A DNA stretch of 36,392 bases from an uncultured Chloroflexia bacterium. Lineage in GTDB: Bacteria > Chloroflexota > Limnocylindria > Limnocylindrales > CSP1-4. Shown in pieces: positions 26,285 through 34,498 of the stretch (positions are counted from its first letter, which is position 1; each line of letters begins with the position of its first letter). The translations under genes and the position numbers were made by a program. Where the stretch lies: NCBI GenBank assembly GCA_963720755.1, contig CAVRGP010000003.1, forward strand, positions 1 through 36,392, given 5' to 3'. A model generated the notes under the pieces. The model did no database searches and was not told where the DNA came from. It saw only the letters and a list, made by a program, of their open reading frames with translations.

Positions 26285-27459
26285 TAGACGTCCTTGGCGA
26301 TCAGCAGCAGGCTGGCATTCCGTTCGTGGATCCGTTCGTTCGCGATCATCAGGGACGCGGACATCGAGTCACGCAGGTGCCGGCCCACACTGAACGGCGT
26401 GTCGTTCTTGTAGCCGACGATCCCGCAGATCCCCATCGCGCCCTGGCAGACTCGTGGGGCCTGTTCGGATGCCGCGATCTTCAGGTTGTTGAAGCGCAGG
26501 ATCGTGGCCATCGTGGACAGCCGCTCACGGTCTGGGTCCTGGTCGATGTCACTGAAGTCCCGGAGCGCGGAGGACACTTCCGCTCGGAGCAACGACAGCT
26601 CGCTCATCAGGTGGGACAGCCGTTGCGCGGTTGGCGGCACGACATCGGGTCGCTGCTTGGCCGACGCCCGAACGAACGCCCTGGCGCGGTCGAACGCGTC
26701 CGTGGCGATCCCGAGCCACAGGTGTGACCAGAGGATGTGGGTGATCGGCACCATCAATTCGGTGGCGACCACCGGGAACGGTGTCGTCAGGACCTGGTCG
26801 ATCGGGAATTCGGCGCGGACGACGAACCCGGGCGAGCACGTCCCTCGCATGCCCATTGGATCCCAGGTGCCTTTCTGCTCGAATTGGACCTGATCGCGGC
26901 GGGTCACGACGATGACCTGGTCGCCGGGCTCAGCGTCCGGCGATCGCCGGAGCGTCGTGAACAGGTCGTCCGCATAGGCGGCATACGACACCGTCGGGGC
27001 TTGCTTCTCGAACGTCGCCCGCCCGTCACCGGCTGGCGTCACGGCGGCGATCGACCGGCCGAGATCCCCGCCAGTGCCGATCTCTGATGTCGCCGAGGCG
27101 ATCAGGCGTTGGTCCGCGACCACGTCCCGAAGGTATGCCTCATGCCACGGAGCCCCGTCGAGGTGGCGGACCACGGAGGCGATCTGGATCTGGTGCATCG
27201 CGAAGACCATCGCACTGGAGCCGCAGCGGCGGCCGAGCTCGAAGGAGGCCGCGGCGATCGTCTCGAATGAGACGCCCCCACCGCCCAGGCGCGTCGGCAC
27301 GAACGCCGAAAGGGCTCGCTCGGCGCGCAACGCGTCGAGCGTTTCGACCGGGAAGCGAGCGCTGCGGTCGACGTCGTCGGCGTTCGGCGCAGCGACTTCG
27401 TCGGCGATCCGCCGGATGGCCGTCAGGAACGCCCGGTCGGCATCGACGGCGATGCTCAT
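26284..27459 (-). CDS. Acyl-CoA/acyl-ACP dehydrogenase family protein (aa:CP-ligase-associated type)
   Basis: VDRSARFP, AMH, SATSE, WDPMGMRGTCS, ICGIVGY, RHLRD. Translationally coupled to the ACP and ligase genes. Confidence 0.9.
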   Translation of the reverse strand: MSIAVDADRAFLTAIRRIADEVAAPNADDVDRSARFPVETLDALRAERALSAFVPTRLGGGGVSFETIAAASFELGRRCGSSAMVFAMHQIQIASVVRHLDGAPWHEAYLRDVVADQRLIASATSEIGTGGDLGRSIAAVTPAGDGRATFEKQAPTVSYAAYADDLFTTLRRSPDAEPGDQVIVVTRRDQVQFEQKGTWDPMGMRGTCSPGFVVRAEFPIDQVLTTPFPVVATELMVPITHILWSHLWLGIATDAFDRARAFVRASAKQRPDVVPPTAQRLSHLMSELSLLRAEVSSALRDFSDIDQDPDRERLSTMATILRFNNLKIAASEQAPRVCQGAMGICGIVGYKNDTPFSVGRHLRDSMSASLMIANERIHERNASLLLIAKDV

Positions 27460-27725
27460 GCCGCCGACGCTCCGAGCTCTTCGAGTGCTTCCCGGATGGA
27501 GGCGACGCTCTGGAAGACACTCCGCTTCAGCATCGCATCGGGGAACTCGATATCGAATTCGGCTTCGAGCGCAAGCATCAGATTGACGCTCGCATGGGAG
27601 GTCATGCCGGCCTGATACAGGTCCGAATACTCGTCAAGTGAGGCGATATCGACCGGCAGGCGCCCGTGTTCACCGATGACCTGCCGGATCCGGCGGTCCA
27701 CATCTGTTGCTTCATTCACGACCAT
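27456..27725 (-). CDS. Acyl/aminoacyl carrier protein
   Basis: 89 aa, acidic. DLYQAGMTSHASVNLMLALEAEFDIEFPD with phosphopantetheine Ser43 in a TSH context. Confidence 0.9.
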   Translation of the reverse strand: MVVNEATDVDRRIRQVIGEHGRLPVDIASLDEYSDLYQAGMTSHASVNLMLALEAEFDIEFPDAMLKRSVFQSVASIREALEELGASAA

Positions 27726-27762
27726 CGTCAGACTTCACTCCCCCACGTCGGTTGCGGCGACG

Positions 27763-27773
27763 AGCATACGACA
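27763..27773 (-). promoter_or_regulatory. Putative -10 element TGTCG-TATGCT for the ACP operon
   Basis: TAnnnT in the 122-nt gap upstream of GGGGAG and the ACP start. Confidence 0.4.
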
Positions 27774-27847
27774 CCGCGGCACGTTCGCCGATGCAGCACC
27801 CGCGTTTGGGTTGCTCGCGCGCACCGTCGCGGAAACCATCGTTCACT

Positions 27848-28684
27848 CTAGTCCTCGCCGCCCAGTCGTTCCTCGTATCGCGCATCGCGCCAGGCGAGGG
27901 CCGCCTTGAGACCATCGCGCCGGACGATGGCATCCCACTCCCGCTGCTCGGGGGTATCCGCGGCGTTGATGATGGCGCCGAGATCGATCCCAGCCTCGAC
28001 CGCGATGCGAAATCCGGTCGCGTCCATCGCCCGGTTGAGCATCCGCTTCGTCGGAGCCATGACCTCGGGCGGCGTCCGGGCCAGGCGGTCCGCCAGGGCA
28101 TCCACCTCGGCGGCGAGAGCGTCTGCGGGGACGACCCGGTTGATCAACCCGATCCGCTCGGCCTCGGCCGCCTCGATCAGGTCGCCCGTCAGGAGCAGCT
28201 CGCGGGTCTTCTTCTGGCCGATGAGGAAGGGCATCAGCAGGGCCACCGGCGCCGACCCGTAGCGGATCTCCGGCTCGCCCATCTTGGTTCCCTCGGCCGC
28301 GATGACCAGATCGCAGGCCATCGCCAGTTCGAGGCCCCCGGCCAACGCGTAGCCATGGATCTGAGCGATGACCGGCTTGGGACAATCCAGCACATGAAGC
28401 GTGGCCGCGACATCGGTCGCGAGGAGCTCGCGCCACTCGACGGGACCGGGCGTCCCACCGTCGGCTTCCTCGGTCAGGTCGTACCCGGAGCAGAACGCGC
28501 GGCCCGCCCCCTGGAGGACGATGACCCGGACTCGCTCGTCGGCGATCGCGGCGTCGATCGCCTCGGTCAACCTCCGAACCAGATCCGCCGACAGGGCGTT
28601 GAGCTTGTCCGGGCGGTTCAGGGTCAGGCGGACACCCCAGCCCGTCGGTTCGGTCAGGAGGATCGGATCGTTCGGCGAGGTCAC
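27848..28684 (-). CDS. Enoyl-CoA hydratase/isomerase
   Basis: LNRPDKLNAL, GRAFCSGYDL, KPVIAQIHGYALAGGLELA, GEPE (both Glu), GLINRVVP. Confidence 0.93.
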   Translation of the reverse strand: MTSPNDPILLTEPTGWGVRLTLNRPDKLNALSADLVRRLTEAIDAAIADERVRVIVLQGAGRAFCSGYDLTEEADGGTPGPVEWRELLATDVAATLHVLDCPKPVIAQIHGYALAGGLELAMACDLVIAAEGTKMGEPEIRYGSAPVALLMPFLIGQKKTRELLLTGDLIEAAEAERIGLINRVVPADALAAEVDALADRLARTPPEVMAPTKRMLNRAMDATGFRIAVEAGIDLGAIINAADTPEQREWDAIVRRDGLKAALAWRDARYEERLGGED

Positions 28685-30885
28685 GATGCGGGCCCTTCCA
28701 GCACGACCAGGGCATCGACGGCGATCGCGCCGGACGTGGAGGCGATGACCGGGTTGAGGTCGATCTCGAGCAGGTCGGACCGCTCGACGCCGAGCTGCCC
28801 GAGCGCGACGAGCATCGACACGATCGCCCCACGATCGACCGGCAGTCGACCGCGAACGCCGCGCAGCAGGGCCGCGCCCCTCAGATCGTCGAGCATCGCG
28901 TCTGCCGCACTCGCATCGAGCGGCGCCAGCCTGATCGAGACGTCGTCGAGGACCTCGGTCAGGATGCCCCCGAGACCGACCATCACGACCGGTCCGAACT
29001 GCGGGTCGCGACGAAGGCCGACGATCAACTCGACGCCTGGGCTCGCCATCGGTTGGACCAGCAATCCCCGGATGGTGAGACCGTGGTGCCGGCCTGTGTC
29101 GAGCAGCGTGAGGGCCGCCCCGTAGACCGCGTCATCGCCGCGCAGGCCGAGAGCGACGGCACCCAGGTCGCTCTTGTGGGTGAGGCCGACCGCGTCGAGC
29201 TTGAGCGCCACGGGCTGACCGATCGTGCGGGCGGCCGCCACCGCGGCAGCGGCGTCGCTGACCGCGACGGCCTCGATGGTCATGATCCCGGCCGCACGGA
29301 CGAGTGCCAGGCTCTCCCGTTCGGACAAGGACATCGGCGGGCGGGCGGCGGCAGAAGGCGCTGGGTCGGCACCGTAGCTGGTCCGGTCGGCCGCCAGCTC
29401 AGGCCACCCGGTCCGCCACGGCCCGCCCGAACGTCGACGCTCGTGGTGAGCCTCCCACCGGGCCACCTGGGCGATCGCCCGGAACGCCGGCACGGCGCCA
29501 CGCAACAGGGGCGCGCCGCCGCCCTCTCCGTCGAGCAACGCCTTCGTCTCGGGCGGTGGCTCGCCGGAGGTGAGCGACACGTACGCGGGCAGGATGGCCG
29601 GTCGGTCGCGGGTCGCCGCCAGCAGACCGGCCGTCACCTCGTTCGCGGTCGCCACCTCGGATACGAGTGAGCGGTACGGGAAGTCATGGACGATGACCAG
29701 GACGTCGTAGGCGGCCGACGCGGCCATCGCCTCGAACGCCGCGCCATAGGCGGCCCCGGGGTCGTCCGCGCCCCACGGGTCGAGCGGGTTGCCGACGTAC
29801 CCCATCGTGGGAAGCGCCTCGAGGATCGCCGCCCTGGCGCTCGCGGGGATGGGTGGCAAGTCCAGGCCGGTCGTCGGCACGAGGTCGGCGATGAGCGACG
29901 CTTCCCCGGTCGAGACCGTCACCACCCCCGTCCGGCCTCGGCCGACACGGCGGCCGGTCCGCCGGATACCCTCGACGAGTTCGGCGGTCTCGAGCAGTTC
30001 GTCAAGGTCGCGGCAGCGGATGACCCCGGCGGCGTCCAGCGCCGCATCGGTGACCCGCGCCTCGCCGGCCAGTGACCCGGTATGGGCCATGGCGGCCGTT
30101 TTCGCCTGCTCGCTCCGACCGACCTTGACCGTCATGATCGGCTTCCCGAGTTCCAGGGCCCGGTCGGCAAGGGCCAGGAAGCGTTCCGGGCGCTTGAACC
30201 CCTCGACGAACAGGATCACCGAGCTCGTGTGCGGGTCATCGAGGCAGTAGGCGAGGTAGTCGCACACGTCGAGCACGACTTCCGATCCGCAGCTGATGAT
30301 CCGCGAGAAGCCGATCCGATCACCCGAGTGGACGAACGCGTCCGACACGGACCCGGATTGGGCGATGCCCGCGACGCCGCCTCGCGGCAGGTATGGCGAG
30401 ACGTCGCCGATGTAGGTCGCGCTATTCGTGGTCAGATCGATGACGCCCATGCAATTCGGCCCGAGGAGCGCCAGTCCGTGCTCGCGGGCGATCCCGGCAA
30501 CCTCGGCCTGCATCGCGGCGGCTGCGGGACCGCCCTCGACGACCCCGCCCCCGGGGATGACGACGGCCGGCACGCCGGCAGCGGCCGCCGCGGCTGTGAC
30601 CGATCCGGCACGCAACGGGTTGAGAGCCACGACGACGACGTCGGGCCGCTCCGGGAGCGCCTCGATCGATGGGTGGCAGGCTTGTCCGTACAGTTCGTCG
30701 TACTTCGGGTTGACGAAGTGACAGCGCGTCGAGCTGCCCAGGACGCGCAGGTTGTCTCGAACGGTCTCGGCGATCCAGGATCGGGGCGAGGCTCCGACGA
30801 CGGCGACGCTTCGGGGCGCGAACAGGGGTCGAAGGTCGATCGTGCCGGCCGCCGTGGTCCGCGCATCGTCGCTCGGCGACGTCAC
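28681..30885 (-). CDS. Acetate--CoA ligase (ADP-forming) family acyl-CoA synthetase
   Basis: PRSVAVVGAS, GPNCMG, QSG, AHTGSLAG (phospho-His), NPLD, C-terminal ATP-grasp HKSDLGAV/EIDLNP. Start GTG 30885 overlaps the upstream stop. Confidence 0.92.
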   Translation of the reverse strand: MTSPSDDARTTAAGTIDLRPLFAPRSVAVVGASPRSWIAETVRDNLRVLGSSTRCHFVNPKYDELYGQACHPSIEALPERPDVVVVALNPLRAGSVTAAAAAAGVPAVVIPGGGVVEGGPAAAAMQAEVAGIAREHGLALLGPNCMGVIDLTTNSATYIGDVSPYLPRGGVAGIAQSGSVSDAFVHSGDRIGFSRIISCGSEVVLDVCDYLAYCLDDPHTSSVILFVEGFKRPERFLALADRALELGKPIMTVKVGRSEQAKTAAMAHTGSLAGEARVTDAALDAAGVIRCRDLDELLETAELVEGIRRTGRRVGRGRTGVVTVSTGEASLIADLVPTTGLDLPPIPASARAAILEALPTMGYVGNPLDPWGADDPGAAYGAAFEAMAASAAYDVLVIVHDFPYRSLVSEVATANEVTAGLLAATRDRPAILPAYVSLTSGEPPPETKALLDGEGGGAPLLRGAVPAFRAIAQVARWEAHHERRRSGGPWRTGWPELAADRTSYGADPAPSAAARPPMSLSERESLALVRAAGIMTIEAVAVSDAAAAVAAARTIGQPVALKLDAVGLTHKSDLGAVALGLRGDDAVYGAALTLLDTGRHHGLTIRGLLVQPMASPGVELIVGLRRDPQFGPVVMVGLGGILTEVLDDVSIRLAPLDASAADAMLDDLRGAALLRGVRGRLPVDRGAIVSMLVALGQLGVERSDLLEIDLNPVIASTSGAIAVDALVVLEGPAS

Positions 30886-32057
30886 CCGACGACCCGATCG
30901 ACGCCCCGCTTCTCGAGCGCCCGGGCGATGATCATCCGCTGGATCTCCGAGGTGCCCTCCCAGATCCGGTCCACGCGCAGCTCGCGCAGGAAGCGCTCGG
31001 GGGCGAACTCCCGCATGTAGCCTCGCCCGCCGTAGACCTGGACCACGCGATCGGCGCACCGCCAGGCGGCTTCCGAAGCGAATAGCTTGGCGAGCGACGC
31101 CTTGGCATGGACGACCTTCCGGTCGGCCCCCGTATCGGCGAGCCAGGCGCACTCCCGTGCGAGCAGACGTGCCGCGGAGGCATCGGCGGCGGAATCTGCC
31201 AGAGGGAAGCTGACCCCCTGGAAGTCGTAGATCCGCTCGCCGAACTGGATGCGCTCGGTCGCCCATTCGAGTGCGAGGGAGAGCAATCGCTCCATCGCCC
31301 CCGCACACCGAGCGCCGATATGGATCCGCTCCTCCACGAACCACTCGTTGGTCAGCTCGTCCGCCCGGCCGACACCGCCCAGGACAGCCGCATCTGGCAC
31401 CCGAACGTCGGTCAGGACGAACTGCGGATGCCGGTCGGCGAACGTGTGGGTGTAGTCCGGATCGTGCTTGACGGCCAGTCCCGGCGTGTCGTAGTCGACC
31501 AGGAACAGGGTCGGCCGGCGCGAATCACCGTCGACGACCAGGCAGTGGAAGATCATGAAGTCGGTGTCGTCGGGTCCGGTGACGAACCACTTCTCGCCGT
31601 TTAGGAGATAGTCCCCGGTCGCCGGGTCGCGCACGGCGGTCGAGCTGAGCGTCCTGGCGTCCGACCCGGCGCCGTCCTCGGTCACGGCGTAGCTGCCCGA
31701 CCGCTCCCCGCGGAGGGACGGCTCGAGATACCGCCGGCGCTGGTCGGCGTCGGCGTGGAGCAGGACGTTGTAGGCGCCCGGGATATACGACCACAGGCCG
31801 CCGGTCACCTGGCCGAGCTGTTCGTGGACGAGGACCTGCTCCAGAGCCGACCAGCCCTGGCCCCCGGCCTCGACCGGGAACGAACCGCCCTGGAGACGGG
31901 CGTCGATCGCCGCCGCCCGGATGGGATCGCCCCAGTGCCGTGGGACTCGACCGCCTGCCCGCTCGAACTCGACTTCGAGCGGCTGGAGGACGTCCCGGAC
32001 GAACGTTCGGGCACGGGCCTGGAGTTCGAGTTGGGCTGGGGTCAGGGTCAGGTCCAT
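30882..32057 (-). CDS. Acyl-CoA dehydrogenase
   Basis: AVTEDGAGSD, LNGEKWFVT, RIQFGERI, QVYGGRGY, RIWEGTSEIQR (catalytic Glu). Confidence 0.95.
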   Translation of the reverse strand: MDLTLTPAQLELQARARTFVRDVLQPLEVEFERAGGRVPRHWGDPIRAAAIDARLQGGSFPVEAGGQGWSALEQVLVHEQLGQVTGGLWSYIPGAYNVLLHADADQRRRYLEPSLRGERSGSYAVTEDGAGSDARTLSSTAVRDPATGDYLLNGEKWFVTGPDDTDFMIFHCLVVDGDSRRPTLFLVDYDTPGLAVKHDPDYTHTFADRHPQFVLTDVRVPDAAVLGGVGRADELTNEWFVEERIHIGARCAGAMERLLSLALEWATERIQFGERIYDFQGVSFPLADSAADASAARLLARECAWLADTGADRKVVHAKASLAKLFASEAAWRCADRVVQVYGGRGYMREFAPERFLRELRVDRIWEGTSEIQRMIIARALEKRGVDRVVG

Positions 32058-32129
32058 CGCCGTCAAGGATGCCCCACCCGGACCATCGGCCATCGGGTCC
32101 GTCGCGGGGCGCGGGACGAGCCGGTCCGG

Positions 32130-33575
32130 TCAGGCGGGCTGGGCGAGGACCAGGATCCGGACTTCGGTCATGTCCTCGATCGCCCACCGAAGACCTTCTC
32201 GACCCAGGCCGGAATCCTTGACCCCGCCATAGGGCATGTGGTCGATCCGGTACGTCGGCACATCGTTGACGATGACGCCACCGACCTCGAGTTCCCCGAA
32301 CGCGCGCCAGGCGCCCGCAAGATCGTTGGTGAACAACCCGGTCTGGAGCCCGAAGGCGGAGTCATTGACCATCGCGATGGCCGCATCGAGGTCGTTGAAC
32401 CTCGAGGCCACGATCAATGGCGCGAAGGCTTCATCGGCGCAGACGTGCGCGCTGGCCGGAACGTCGGTCAGGATGGTCGGTGGGAAGAACGTGCCGTCGG
32501 CGCGCCCGCCCAACCGGATCTGCCCGCCCAACGAGACCGCCTCGTCGACCCACTGCTGGGTTCGGGTGGCCGCCGCGGCGTCGACCATCGGCCCGAGATC
32601 GGTGGTCGGGTCCAGTGGGTCGCCGACCTTGAGTGCCCCGGCAGCCTCGACGAATCGATCCATGAACGTGTCCCAGACCGCTTCGTGGATCATCATCCGC
32701 TGGACGCTGATGCAGACCTGACCGGCGTAGGCGAACGCGCCCACAAGATTGCGCCGCACGGCCCAGTCGATATCCGCGGACTTGTCGATGATCACACCGG
32801 CATTGCCGCCGAGTTCCAGAACGACCTTCTTCTTGCCGGCACGTTCCTTCATCCGCCAGCCCACCGCCGGCGATCCGGTGAAGGTCAGCAACTTGAACCG
32901 CTCGTCGGCGACCATCCGATCGCCCGACTCGCGCGTCATCGGGAGGATCGAAACCGAACCGGCCGGGACGCCCGCCGACTCGATGATCTCCGCGACGGTC
33001 AGCATCGTCAGCGGGTCCTTCGACGGCGGCTTCAGGACGATCGGGTTGCCGGAGGCGATCGCGGGAGCGAGTTTGTGGGCTGCCAGGTTCAATGGGAAGT
33101 TGAACGGGCTGATTGCCGCGATCGGGCCGATCGGAAAGCGTCGGGTGATGCCGACCCGATCCTTCGACGACGGCATCAGGTCCAGCGGGATGACCTCGCC
33201 GGTCATGCGTTCGGCTTCCTCCGCGCCCAGCCGGAAGGTCAGCACGGCTCGATCCACCTCGACCAGGGCATCGCGGATGGGCTTTCCAGCTTCACGGGCG
33301 ATGAGCCGACCGAGTTCCTCGCGGCGATCGCGGATGCCGGCGCTGATGTCGCGGAGGATCCGACCGCGCTCGTAGGCTGGCATGCGACGGGTGACGTCGA
33401 ACGCCGCGACCGCCGCGGCGACGGCCTCCTCGTACTGCTCGGGACTGGCGTTGTAGGTGGCCCCGGCCGGGGTCGTCGCGTCGGCCGGGTTCTCGACGAC
33501 GAGGACGTCGGGCGAATCGACCCAACGGCCGGCGAGGAAGATCGGGTGCGGCTTGGTGCCGGCGGCGACGGTCAT
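32130..33575 (-). CDS. Aldehyde dehydrogenase
   Basis: PFNFP, FTGS, LELGGN, GQVCIS (catalytic Cys), EAFAP, PYGGVKDSG. GAGGAG RBS upstream of ATG 33575. Confidence 0.95.
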   Translation of the reverse strand: MTVAAGTKPHPIFLAGRWVDSPDVLVVENPADATTPAGATYNASPEQYEEAVAAAVAAFDVTRRMPAYERGRILRDISAGIRDRREELGRLIAREAGKPIRDALVEVDRAVLTFRLGAEEAERMTGEVIPLDLMPSSKDRVGITRRFPIGPIAAISPFNFPLNLAAHKLAPAIASGNPIVLKPPSKDPLTMLTVAEIIESAGVPAGSVSILPMTRESGDRMVADERFKLLTFTGSPAVGWRMKERAGKKKVVLELGGNAGVIIDKSADIDWAVRRNLVGAFAYAGQVCISVQRMMIHEAVWDTFMDRFVEAAGALKVGDPLDPTTDLGPMVDAAAATRTQQWVDEAVSLGGQIRLGGRADGTFFPPTILTDVPASAHVCADEAFAPLIVASRFNDLDAAIAMVNDSAFGLQTGLFTNDLAGAWRAFGELEVGGVIVNDVPTYRIDHMPYGGVKDSGLGREGLRWAIEDMTEVRILVLAQPA

Positions 33576-33646
33576 GGAAGGGATCTCCTCATGGGGTACG
33601 GTTGGCATCGTACAACCGCCCGGACAACCCCGAACCGAGGTCGACG

Positions 33647-34465
33647 ATGGCCCACGCATCTGATCTGCGCGCCGCCCTTCTGGTCAAGCCGGGAACGCGG
33701 GCGCGACTGGCGAAGATCGATCCGAACGCAACGTTCGGGTTCGACAAGGCGACGGCGGCGCCGCCGACCCAGCGCCGCCTCGAGCGACTGGCGGACCTCC
33801 AGGACCGGCTGTGGGCCGAGTCCCGACGATCCGTCCTGGTCGTCCTCCAGGGGATCGACGCCGCCGGCAAGGACGGCACGATCGGCAAGGTCATGGAAGC
33901 GTTCAACCCGCAGGGCTGCGTGGTGTCATCGTTCAAGGTCCCGACGACCGAGGAGCTCGCCCACGACTTCCTGTGGCGCATCCACAAGCGAACCCCCGGC
34001 AAGGGCGAGATCGGCATCTTCAATCGCTCGCACTATGAGGACGTCCTCGTCGTTCGCGTCCACGACCTCGTCCCGAAGCGGGTCTGGTCCAGGCGCTACG
34101 AGCAGATCAACGAGTTCGAGCGAACGCTCGCCGACGCTGGCACCACGATCGTCAAGTTCTTCCTGGCCATCGACCGGGACGAGCAACGCGAGCGCTTCCA
34201 GGCGCGCTACGACGACCCGACCAGACGCTGGAAGTTCTCGATGGGTGATCTGGAGGAACGCAAGCGCTGGGACGCCTACCAGCAGGCCTTCGACGACGCC
34301 CTCACCAAGACATCCACGTCCTGGGCGCCCTGGTACGTCATCCCGGCGAACCACAAGTGGTTCCGGAACCTGGCGGTCGCGTCCATCCTGGCCGACACGA
34401 TCGCCGGCTTGAAGCCCGCTTACCCGCCGGAACCAGACCTGCCTGCCGACCTCGTCATCGAGTGA
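33647..34465 (+). CDS. ppk2: Polyphosphate kinase 2 family (polyphosphate:nucleotide phosphotransferase, class III-like)
   Basis: QGIDAAGKDG (Walker A), FKVPTTEE, HDFLWR, FNRSHYE (Walker B), WKFS, APWYVIPANHKW. Confidence 0.93.
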   Translation: MAHASDLRAALLVKPGTRARLAKIDPNATFGFDKATAAPPTQRRLERLADLQDRLWAESRRSVLVVLQGIDAAGKDGTIGKVMEAFNPQGCVVSSFKVPTTEELAHDFLWRIHKRTPGKGEIGIFNRSHYEDVLVVRVHDLVPKRVWSRRYEQINEFERTLADAGTTIVKFFLAIDRDEQRERFQARYDDPTRRWKFSMGDLEERKRWDAYQQAFDDALTKTSTSWAPWYVIPANHKWFRNLAVASILADTIAGLKPAYPPEPDLPADLVIE

Positions 34466-34498
34466 CCTAGCGGGCCCAGCCCGCGCCGACCATCGAGG

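Noticed and set aside
30886-31344. N-terminal extensions in the ORF track (also 1210-1353, 1233-1415, 2386-2601 and 12049-12693)
   Set aside because: They overlap other genes or promoter regions; RBS or stop/start coupling supports the later starts.
31755-34412. 885-aa plus-strand ORF
   Set aside because: Antisense shadow of ALDH and an off-frame overlap of PPK2. No motifs; expected in high-GC DNA.
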